A model generated the notes under the pieces. It was given only the letters and a program-made list of their open reading frames with translations. It had not been told where the DNA came from and ran no database searches. Shown here one piece after another: positions 9,032-16,428 of a stretch of DNA of 63,168 nucleotides. The position numbers were made by a program, and so were the translations under genes. Origin of the DNA: Rhodospirillaceae bacterium (GTDB lineage Bacteria > Pseudomonadota > Alphaproteobacteria > UBA828). Every line of letters starts with the position of its first letter. The stretch's first letter is position 1. The stretch covers positions 1 to 63,168 of the forward strand of contig JABIXB010000135.1 of NCBI GenBank assembly GCA_018666805.1, read 5' to 3'.

Positions 9032-9604
9032 GTGGAGCGTAGGACATTTCTACAGGCTTTGGTCGCAAGCGCGGTGGCGGCAGCCGCGCCGAGCACGGCA
9101 GCCCTGGCCGCGAGCCGTTCTTCCTTGCGCTATCTGCGTCCACCCGGCGCGCTTCAGGAACAGGAATTTCTCGAACACTGTATCCATTGCGGCCAGTGCG
9201 GGGAAATCTGCCCCAATCGCTGCATTAATTATTTCGGCATGGAAAACGGCCTTGGCTCGATCGATACGCCCTACATCATCCCGCGCGAGCAGGGCTGTAT
9301 TCTCTGTATGAAATGCGGCGAGGTCTGCCCGACCGACGCCATCACAGAGATCGAGCGCGACTTCGAGGCCATTCTGAGCGGCGTCGATATGGGTCACGCC
9401 CGGGTCGATGAGAGCCTCTGTCTGTCGTTTCAGGGCAAAACCTGCGGCGTCTGTTACCGCGCCTGCCCGCTGCCCGATGTCGCCATTTATGTTGGCCGCC
9501 TCGAGCAGCCTCATGTGACCGACGAATGTGTCGGCTGCGGTCTTTGTGAGCGCTCCTGCATTCAGTTGCCGCAGGCGATTCGCGTCTTTCCGACGCGCGC
9601 CTGA
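9032..9604 (+). CDS. NapG-like Tat-signal polyferredoxin (4x 4Fe-4S)
   Basis: GTG start. Contains ERRTFLQAL twin-Arg, LRPPGAL, and four Cys clusters (CIHCGQCGEICP, CILCMKCGEVCP, CGVCYRACP, CVGCGLCERSC). Confidence 0.8.
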   Translation: MERRTFLQALVASAVAAAAPSTAALAASRSSLRYLRPPGALQEQEFLEHCIHCGQCGEICPNRCINYFGMENGLGSIDTPYIIPREQGCILCMKCGEVCPTDAITEIERDFEAILSGVDMGHARVDESLCLSFQGKTCGVCYRACPLPDVAIYVGRLEQPHVTDECVGCGLCERSCIQLPQAIRVFPTRA

Positions 9605-10638
9605 TGGCTGCGCCAACCATCAACGAAGGCGCGGCCGTGCACCACAAACCGTTTTTTCTCTGGCGTCATCTCAACAAGCTACGCTGGCTCACTCTCATCA
9701 TCGTCTTCGCCATGCTGGTGTTGCTGCCGTTCCTGCATATCTATCAAACCTATACGGCGGCGCACGCCTATGACCTGCTATCGCCCGGCGAGAAGCAGCT
9801 TTACGACGTGATGGAGAGCATCGCCGCACCCTTCGTCAGCGACCCGGCGGAGGATCTCGACGCCGTCAAAGGCAATACCTGGTCGGGCAGTTTTTGGGGC
9901 TTCAAGATATCCGATCCGCTGGCCGCGCTTGGCCAGGTGGCGGCCAGCCTCAGCCTCTATTGGCCGTTCCTCCTCACCGCCCTGGTGCCGGTTTTGGCGA
10001 CCATCATCTTCGGCCGCTTCTTTTGCGGCTGGATTTGCCCGGCCACTTTTATCTATGAACTGAACAGCAATTTTGCTTCGTGGTTACGTTGGGCGGGAAT
10101 TCGGGTCGGCAACCGGCGCTTCGACAAGCGCATTAAATATGGTGTGCTCGCGCTCGGCCTCATTCTCTCCGCCGTTTCCGGCTCGGTGCTGGCCGGCGTC
10201 GTCTATCCGCCGGCGATCATTGGGCGAGAGATCTATTACACCATCGCGCAAGGCGGGCTCGGCGCCGGCACGATATTTTTCCTTGGCACATTGCTGTTCG
10301 ATATCCTCGTCGCCCGGCGTGGTTTCTGCCGCTATCTCTGTCCCGGCGGCGCGCTCTATGCGCTCTTGGGGCGCTACCGCCTGGTGCGCATCCGGCGCAT
10401 CGCTGAGACCTGCAACGACTGCGCCAAATGCAATGTGGTGTGCGAGTTCGATCTCGATCCGTTGCGCGATGGCTTCGGCCAGGAGTGCAACAATTGCACC
10501 GCCTGCATCGCCATCTGCCCGACCGATGCGCTCACCTTTACGATCCGGCCCAGCGACTATCCCGAACAGGGGCCGGGCCATCTCGGACAACTCTACCGTA
10601 AGCAGCAAGCGACTGAGGATACGGATGCAGCGTCATGA
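9604..10638 (+). CDS. NapH/MauN/CcoG-like integral-membrane polyferredoxin
   Basis: Multiple TM helices, two CxxCP motifs (CGWICPATF, CRYLCPGGALY) and two C-terminal 4Fe-4S motifs (CNDCAKCNVVCE, CNNCTACIAICP). The start overlaps the upstream stop (TGATG). Confidence 0.8.
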   Translation: MAAPTINEGAAVHHKPFFLWRHLNKLRWLTLIIVFAMLVLLPFLHIYQTYTAAHAYDLLSPGEKQLYDVMESIAAPFVSDPAEDLDAVKGNTWSGSFWGFKISDPLAALGQVAASLSLYWPFLLTALVPVLATIIFGRFFCGWICPATFIYELNSNFASWLRWAGIRVGNRRFDKRIKYGVLALGLILSAVSGSVLAGVVYPPAIIGREIYYTIAQGGLGAGTIFFLGTLLFDILVARRGFCRYLCPGGALYALLGRYRLVRIRRIAETCNDCAKCNVVCEFDLDPLRDGFGQECNNCTACIAICPTDALTFTIRPSDYPEQGPGHLGQLYRKQQATEDTDAAS

Positions 10639-11231
10639 AACGGCGCACCTTCCTCAAGCGGTTGATCGCCGGTGCTGCCATGCTGGGGACGGCGGCGCTG
10701 CTTTATGGCGTGACGCCGTTGCTGGCGCCACGGCGGGCGACGGCGAAGCGCAATTACCTGCGTCCGCCCGGTGCGCTGGCGGACGATGCCGCCTTCACCG
10801 CCGCTTGCATCGGCTGCGGTCTTTGCGGCGAAGTGTGCCCGCCGCGCTGCATCAAATTCCACACGCGCGACGGCAGCGCCACGGTCAACACGCCCTATAT
10901 CGATGCCGCTGAGAAAGCCTGCATCCTGTGCGACAAATGCATGGAAGTGTGCCCGACCAATGCCTTAACGGTGATGCCGCGCGGCGACATCAATATGGGC
11001 CTCGCCGAGATCGATCAGACAGCGTGTTATCCCTGGGTCGACCGGGGAATTTGCGGTGCCTGCGTCAGCATCTGCCCGTTGGGCAAGAAGGCGATCGGCT
11101 ATAAGATGTGGAATCAATATCGTCCCGAGGTGCGTGCGGGCTGTGTTGGCTGCGGCCTCTGTGTCGAAGTCTGCCCGCATCCGAGCGTGCCGATTTGGGT
11201 TGTCTCGCGGCCGAACGATATAAAGGTATAA
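10635..11231 (+). CDS. Second NapG-like Tat-signal polyferredoxin
   Basis: Contains KRRTFLKRL twin-Arg, LRPPGAL, CIGCGLCGEVCP, CILCDKCMEVCP, CGACVSICP and CVGCGLCVEVCP. ATGA overlap with the NapH-like gene. Confidence 0.8.
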   Translation: MKRRTFLKRLIAGAAMLGTAALLYGVTPLLAPRRATAKRNYLRPPGALADDAAFTAACIGCGLCGEVCPPRCIKFHTRDGSATVNTPYIDAAEKACILCDKCMEVCPTNALTVMPRGDINMGLAEIDQTACYPWVDRGICGACVSICPLGKKAIGYKMWNQYRPEVRAGCVGCGLCVEVCPHPSVPIWVVSRPNDIKV

Positions 11232-11234
11232 GGA

Positions 11235-11852
11235 ATGGTGCGATTAATTTTTCCTGCTGCGCTGCGCGCCGCCCTGTTTGTTCTGGCTCTCACATTGTTG
11301 CCGTCGGGCTTCGCCGCTGCCCACCATGTGCTCGGCCGCCCGGCCTATAGCCTGAACGAGGATTCCAACACCCCACCCGGCACCCAATATGAGGTGCAGA
11401 TCGGCGAGTATGTCGTCACCTATATGGCTTATCCCGCTTTTCCCCGGCCCGATTCACCTGGGCGGATAAATTTCTATGCCTCGCGCATCGATGACGGCAC
11501 GCCGTTTGACGGCGAGGTGACGTTCAAGGTGCGCGACGATTCGTTGCTCTCGGGCATATTCGGTTCCGGCGAGCAGGAAACCCTCGGCACGCAACAGCCG
11601 GACGACAATGTGTTCCGCCAGGGCTTCCTGTTCGAGGAAGAGGGCGATTATATGATCAGTGTCGAATTCGAGGCCGCCGGCGAGCCCTATATTGTCGATT
11701 TTCAATTACGCATCGGCGAGCCGACACCGTATGGCATTCTCGGTGTTGCCGTCGCCCTGGTGCTGGCGGCGTTGCTCGCTGTCAGCCTGATACAGCGCCG
11801 CCGCGCCATGGCGGGAAAAACCCGCGGCGTGCATCAGGCGCGGAACAGATAA
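11235..11852 (+). CDS. Exported protein of unknown function with a C-terminal membrane anchor
   Basis: Signal peptide ending ...SGFAAA followed by HHVLGRP. A beta-rich domain of about 150 aa (VTFKVRD, YMISVEFE, IVDFQLRI) is followed by a TM helix (ILGVAVALVLAALLAVSLI) and a basic tail. Gaps to both neighbouring genes are 3-4 nt. Confidence 0.6.
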   Translation: MVRLIFPAALRAALFVLALTLLPSGFAAAHHVLGRPAYSLNEDSNTPPGTQYEVQIGEYVVTYMAYPAFPRPDSPGRINFYASRIDDGTPFDGEVTFKVRDDSLLSGIFGSGEQETLGTQQPDDNVFRQGFLFEEEGDYMISVEFEAAGEPYIVDFQLRIGEPTPYGILGVAVALVLAALLAVSLIQRRRAMAGKTRGVHQARNR

Positions 11853-11856
11853 TCGA

Positions 11857-12438
11857 ATGGCGCACGACGCGGATCGGCGCAATTTCCTGCGCCTCGGCGC
11901 CAACAAGGCGGCTGAGATCAAAGCCGATCTGGCGAGCGACAAGGCGGCCTGGGCCGGCGACAATTGGATCCGCCCGCCCTTTGCCGAGGCGGAGCAGGAA
12001 TTCCTCACCAATTGCACGCGCTGCGACAAATGCATCGGCGCATGCGAATTCAACGTTATTTTCAAATTACCCGCTGACTTGGGTCATACGGCAGCGGGCA
12101 CGCCGGCCATGGATCTGCTCAACCGCGGCTGCCACATGTGCGCCGATTGGCCGTGCGTCGCGGCGTGCGAGCCGGATGCGCTGAAGCTTCCTGAACCGGA
12201 TTCCGCCCCCGACAAATTTGCCCACGCCGAAATTGATACCGAGCAGTGCCTGCCCTATCAAGGGCCCGAATGCGGCGCTTGTGCAGACTCATGCCCGGTT
12301 GATGGCGCGCTCCAATGGCGCGGCCCGCGCCCGGTGATCAATGCGGACAAATGCACCGGCTGTGGCTGCTGCCGCGAAATCTGCATCACGGAGCCTAAAT
12401 CCGTGATCATCTCGCTCCTACCGGTCCGATCAAAATAA
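11857..12438 (+). CDS. NapF-like cytoplasmic iron-sulfur protein
   Basis: Contains RRNFLR, IRPPFAEAEQEFLTNCTRCDKCIGACE (close to the NapF signature) and further Cys clusters (CHMCADWPCVAACE, CGACADSCP, CTGCGCCREIC). Confidence 0.72.
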   Translation: MAHDADRRNFLRLGANKAAEIKADLASDKAAWAGDNWIRPPFAEAEQEFLTNCTRCDKCIGACEFNVIFKLPADLGHTAAGTPAMDLLNRGCHMCADWPCVAACEPDALKLPEPDSAPDKFAHAEIDTEQCLPYQGPECGACADSCPVDGALQWRGPRPVINADKCTGCGCCREICITEPKSVIISLLPVRSK

Positions 12439-12471
12439 TTAAGTAAGCTGGAGACCTAGTTAAAGCTCCCA

Positions 12472-12490
12472 GGAATGCGGCTCGCATTCC
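12472..12490 (+). terminator. Possible hairpin downstream of the Nap-like cluster
   Basis: GGAATGCG-GCT-CGCATTCC, an 8-bp stem 34 nt after the stop. There is no U-tract, so support is weak. Confidence 0.25.
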
Positions 12491-12573
12491 GGTAAGCGCG
12501 ACCGCGCGCCCGAGTTATCGAGGTAGCCAAGCGCGCGGACGCGTGCGCCCGGCGTCTGAGGGAGCAAAAAAAC

Positions 12574-13254
12574 TTAAGGCCGCTCGCTCGAGTGGACGAT
12601 GACGCAGACGAAGCGGATCGGCGTTTCGACCAGATTCTCCGGGCCATGCGCCGCTTCGGCGTCGAAAAAGAGCGAATCGCCTGGCCCCATGGCATAGGTG
12701 GCGCCACCATGGTGATAGTCCATGCGGCCTTCCAACACATAGAGGAACTCGGTGCCCTCATGTTCGAAGGCGGGAAAGACTTCTGATTTATCCGTCAGCG
12801 TAATGACGAAGGGCTCCATGGTGATCTCTTCGTCGAGCGAATGGCCGAGCACACGGTATTCATGTCCGGCACGTGTGCCGCGGCGCTGGATCTTGAGACC
12901 GCCGCCGGCGGCGACAAAGGTCGCATCGCGCCGTTCCTCGAATTTCCGCATCAAGGCCGTGACCGAAACATTGAGCGCCGAGGCGAGCGATTGCAGCGTC
13001 GTCAGCGATGGCGAGGTGTGGCCGTTCTCGATTTTGGACAGCATGCCCGACGACAGGCCGGCCAGTTCGGCGAGCTCGGTGACGGTCATGTCATGCTTGC
13101 GGCGCAACTGGCGGACTTCGCGCCCGATGCACATTTCCAGCCGATTGGCCCGCTTGTCGCGCTCCGCCGCCGATTCAAATTCGGCGACTTTGCCATTGCC
13201 TTGTTCTTCGAACATGTCCCTCGTTCCGCTCGCGGCGTACATTCGCCGCTCCAA
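12574..13254 (-). CDS. XRE-family HTH transcriptional regulator with a C-terminal cupin domain
   Basis: HTH TVTELAELAGLSSGMLSKIENGHTSPSLTTLQSLASAL, then a cupin-like C-terminal half (FEHEGTEFLYVLEGRMDYHHGG). Divergent from the GATase gene. Confidence 0.85.
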   Translation of the reverse strand: MERRMYAASGTRDMFEEQGNGKVAEFESAAERDKRANRLEMCIGREVRQLRRKHDMTVTELAELAGLSSGMLSKIENGHTSPSLTTLQSLASALNVSVTALMRKFEERRDATFVAAGGGLKIQRRGTRAGHEYRVLGHSLDEEITMEPFVITLTDKSEVFPAFEHEGTEFLYVLEGRMDYHHGGATYAMGPGDSLFFDAEAAHGPENLVETPIRFVCVIVHSSERP

Positions 13255-13309
13255 ATTACCTGGACCAACCTACAACCCGGGCAATCCGTTCGGCAAATCA
13301 ATTAGGCTT

Positions 13310-13378
13310 GTTGAATTTCCCTTAAGGAAAATATTATTCATTTTAGTTGAATTTTCCTGTGAGGAATGTTATTTTCCT
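13310..13378. promoter_or_regulatory. AT-rich divergent control region with a repeated ATTTTCC(T) motif (candidate operator)
   Basis: Direct repeats GTTGAATTTCC (13310-13320), GTTGAATTTTCC (13346-13357) and GTTATTTTCC (13368-13377). AGGAAAAT (13325-13332) is the inverted copy of ATTTTCCT at 13351-13358 and 13371-13378. Confidence 0.45.
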
Positions 13379-13413
13379 CATGTTAGTTCATTTTTATGGC
13401 GGAGCCTGAGCAT

Positions 13414-14331
13414 ATGTGCGGAATCGTTGGTCTCTTTCTCAAAAATCCCGAGCTGGATAATTCTCTTGGCCATTTGCTGACGCCGATGTTGGTGGAAATG
13501 ACCGAGCGCGGCCCGGACAGTGCCGGATTCGCGGTTTATGGTCCCCAGCCGCCGCAGGCTCGCCTCAAATATACCCTGAGTGGTGCTGATGGGGCGTGCG
13601 ATTGGCCGTCGCTGGCGGCGGATTTAGAGCAATTGCTGGAGACAGAGGTCGAATATTTTGTCCGCGCCAATCACGCGGTATTCATTTTGCCGGCGCAAGA
13701 AGCGCAGCTGCGCGAGTTCATCGCCGCACATCACCCTGATCTCCATATCACCGCCATTGGCAGCCAACTCGAAATTTATAAAGACACCGGCTTGCCGGCC
13801 GGTGTGGCGGCGCGGTTTGGTTTGGACGGAATGATCGGCAGCCATGCCATTGGCCACACCCGCATGGCGACGGAAAGCGGCATTTCGGGCAAACATTCCC
13901 ATCCGTTCTGCTCAGGCCGGGATTTCAGCCTGGTGCATAACGGCTCGCTCTCCAACCATAATGGTGTGCGCGACAAGCTGCGCCACGAGGGCGTGACGTT
14001 TGACAGCGACAACGATACCGAGGTCGCGGCCCGCTATATCGCCCATCGCCTCGGGCGTGGCCGCTCGCTCAACGATGCGCTGCAAGATGCATTAATGGAA
14101 CTGGATGGCTTTTACACCTTTGCCATCGGTAGTGCGGATGGCTTTGCCGTGCTGCGCGATTCGATTGCTGCCAAGCCGGCGGTGCTGGCTGAGACCGGGG
14201 ATTGGGTGGCGATGGCGTCGGAATACCGCGCCCTTGCCGCACTGCCTGGTATTGAGCAGGCGCGCATCTGGGAACCCAAGCCAGCCACCGTCTATAGCTG
14301 GTCGCATGAACGGATGGCGCGCGCGGCATGA
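13414..14331 (+). CDS. Class-II (Ntn) glutamine amidotransferase, GltB domain-1-like (MgsA/GlxB type)
   Basis: MCGIVGLF N-terminus (Cys nucleophile right after Met). I chose the ATG at 13414, with GGAG upstream, rather than the track start at 13396. Also HTRMATES and NGSLSNH. Confidence 0.85.
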   Translation: MCGIVGLFLKNPELDNSLGHLLTPMLVEMTERGPDSAGFAVYGPQPPQARLKYTLSGADGACDWPSLAADLEQLLETEVEYFVRANHAVFILPAQEAQLREFIAAHHPDLHITAIGSQLEIYKDTGLPAGVAARFGLDGMIGSHAIGHTRMATESGISGKHSHPFCSGRDFSLVHNGSLSNHNGVRDKLRHEGVTFDSDNDTEVAARYIAHRLGRGRSLNDALQDALMELDGFYTFAIGSADGFAVLRDSIAAKPAVLAETGDWVAMASEYRALAALPGIEQARIWEPKPATVYSWSHERMARAA

Positions 14332-15005
14332 GAACCATCGATCTCGATACATCAAGCGTGCGCGAGCTTAATGCCGGTCTACACGGCGCAGGTGCGGCGC
14401 CGGAGGAGTGGCAGGTGCTGCATCCGCATGGCAAGCATGCGCTCGCTGTCGGCCTTGAGGCGGCGCACAAGGTCTCGATAGATGGTCACGCCGGCTATTA
14501 TTGCGGCGGCATGAACAAAGAAGCCGATATCACCGTCAAGGGGCAGTGCGGCAAGGGCCTCGGCGAGAATATCATGTCGGGCACAATCCGCGTCGAAGGC
14601 AATGCGGCGGAAGCCGTCGGCGCATCCGGTCATGGCGGCCTGATCGTGATCGAAGGCGATGCCTCGTCGCGCTGCGGCATTTCGATGAAAGGCGTCGATA
14701 TCGTCGTCAAGGGCTCGGTCGGCCATATGAGCGGCTTCATGGCCCAGGCCGGCAATCTCGTGGTGTGCGGCGATGCCGATGACGATCTCGGCGATTCGAT
14801 CTACGAAGCGCGCATCTATGTGCGCGGCAAGACCGGCGCGCTCGGCGCCGATTGCGTCGAGAAGGAAATGACGCCCGAGCATGTGACGGCGCTCAATCAG
14901 ATTCTTAAAAGGGCCGGAATGGCTTACGGTGCTGCCGCTTTCCGCCGCTACGGCTCGGCCCGCAAACTTTATAACTTTGATATCGACAATGCTGAAAACT
15001 ACTGA
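14328..15005 (+). CDS. GXGXG-motif protein, glutamate synthase alpha C-terminal-domain-like (MgsB/GlxC type)
   Basis: Repeated beta-helix pattern (VKGQCGKGLGENIMSGTIRVEGNAAEAVGASGHGGLIVIEGDA...). ATGA overlap with the upstream gene. Confidence 0.85.
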   Translation: MRTIDLDTSSVRELNAGLHGAGAAPEEWQVLHPHGKHALAVGLEAAHKVSIDGHAGYYCGGMNKEADITVKGQCGKGLGENIMSGTIRVEGNAAEAVGASGHGGLIVIEGDASSRCGISMKGVDIVVKGSVGHMSGFMAQAGNLVVCGDADDDLGDSIYEARIYVRGKTGALGADCVEKEMTPEHVTALNQILKRAGMAYGAAAFRRYGSARKLYNFDIDNAENY

Positions 15006-16335
15006 AGAGAACACCGCGCTCGGCGGCGTCGACGAACGCCAGCTCGAGGAATCGCGCACCTTTCCCAAGGGCGTGATCGCTGAAATTCAGCGCATGGCCG
15101 ATGAAGGCATCTATGCCATCAGGGGCTTCGGCGCCAAGCGGCAATTGCCGACCTTCGACGACCTGCTGTTCCTCGGCGCCTCCGCTTCGCGCTATCCCTT
15201 GGAGGGTTACCGCGAGCGCTGCGAAACCGGCGTCACTCTCGGCACGCGCCACGCCAAGAAGCCGATCGAGCTTAAGATCCCGATCACCATCGCCGGCATG
15301 AGCTTCGGCGCGCTCGGCGCCCATGCCAAGGAGGCGCTTGGCCGTGGCGCCACGGCGGCCGGCACCAGCACCACCACCGGTGACGGCGGCATGACGCCGG
15401 AAGAGCGCCAGTCCTCGAAGACTCTGATCTATCAGGTGCTGCCGTCGCGCTACGGCATGAACCCGGACGATCTGCGCCGCGCCGACGGCATCGAGATTGT
15501 TATCGGCCAAGGGGCTAAGCCGGGCGGTGGCGGCATGCTGCTCGGCCAGAAGATCAATGAGCGCGTCGCCGGCATGCGGCAATTGCCCGAAGGCATCGAC
15601 CAGCGCAGCGCTTGCCGCCATCCCGATTGGACCGGGCCGGACGATCTCGCCATCAAGATTCAGGAAATCCGCGAAGTGACCGATTGGCAGAAGCCGATCT
15701 ATTGCAAGATCGGCGCCACCCGGCCGCAATATGATGTGCCGCTTTGCATCAAGGCCGGCGCCGATGTGATCGTCCTGGATGGTATGCAGGGCGGCACCGC
15801 GGCGACCCAGGATGTCTTTATCGAGCATGTCGGCATCCCGACCATGCCGGCGATCCGCCAGGCGGTCGCAGCGCTGAAAGACATGAACATGCACCGCGAG
15901 GTGCAACTCATCGTCTCGGGCGGCATCCGTTCCGGTGCCGATGTTGCCAAGGCGCTGGCCCTGGGTGCGGACGCGGTCTCGATTGGCATTGGCGCGATGA
16001 TCGCGCTCGGCTGCAACAAGCCGGTGTTCGCGGATGATTATGCGGCGCTCGGCACGGCGCCCGGCTTCTGCCATCACTGCCACACCGGCGCCTGCCCGGT
16101 CGGCATCGCGACGCAAAATCCCGAGCTTGAGGCGCGTCTCACGCCGGAGCGCGGCGGCCGCCTGGTGCAAAATTATCTCTCTGCCCTGGTGCTTGAGCTA
16201 CAAACCATCGCGCGCGCCAACGGCAAATCGCACATCCATAATCTCGAAGCAGAGGACATGGTGGCGCTGACCATTGAGGCGGCGGCGATGGCAGGAGTGC
16301 CTCTCGCGGGAACTGACTGGATTCCAGGAAAATAA
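14989..16335 (+). CDS. FMN-binding glutamate-synthase-family protein (GltB domain-2-like; MgsC/GlxD type)
   Basis: Contains IGQGAKPGGGGML, DGMQGGTAA and SGGIRSGADVAKALALGADAV. I chose the internal ATG at 14989 (MLKTTEEN), which overlaps the previous gene by 17 nt. Confidence 0.85.
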   Translation: MLKTTEENTALGGVDERQLEESRTFPKGVIAEIQRMADEGIYAIRGFGAKRQLPTFDDLLFLGASASRYPLEGYRERCETGVTLGTRHAKKPIELKIPITIAGMSFGALGAHAKEALGRGATAAGTSTTTGDGGMTPEERQSSKTLIYQVLPSRYGMNPDDLRRADGIEIVIGQGAKPGGGGMLLGQKINERVAGMRQLPEGIDQRSACRHPDWTGPDDLAIKIQEIREVTDWQKPIYCKIGATRPQYDVPLCIKAGADVIVLDGMQGGTAATQDVFIEHVGIPTMPAIRQAVAALKDMNMHREVQLIVSGGIRSGADVAKALALGADAVSIGIGAMIALGCNKPVFADDYAALGTAPGFCHHCHTGACPVGIATQNPELEARLTPERGGRLVQNYLSALVLELQTIARANGKSHIHNLEAEDMVALTIEAAAMAGVPLAGTDWIPGK

Positions 16336-16428
16336 TAGCTATTGTGGGGCGCTCAGGCGCGGGTTCGGCCCGTATTGGCTTGTCTGAGAACGTAATTATC
16401 CCATTAGCAATCGAAACAGGGTGACGAC

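Noticed and set aside
12439-12573. Possible bidirectional terminator between the NapF-like and XRE genes
   Set aside because: Only a short hairpin without a U-tract (kept as a low-confidence feature) and an A7 run not preceded by a stable stem are present. That is insufficient for a confident intrinsic terminator.
16336-16428. Sigma-54 (-24/-12) promoter upstream of the GS-like gene
   Set aside because: A TGGC element is present, but there is no GC at the required 10-nt spacing.
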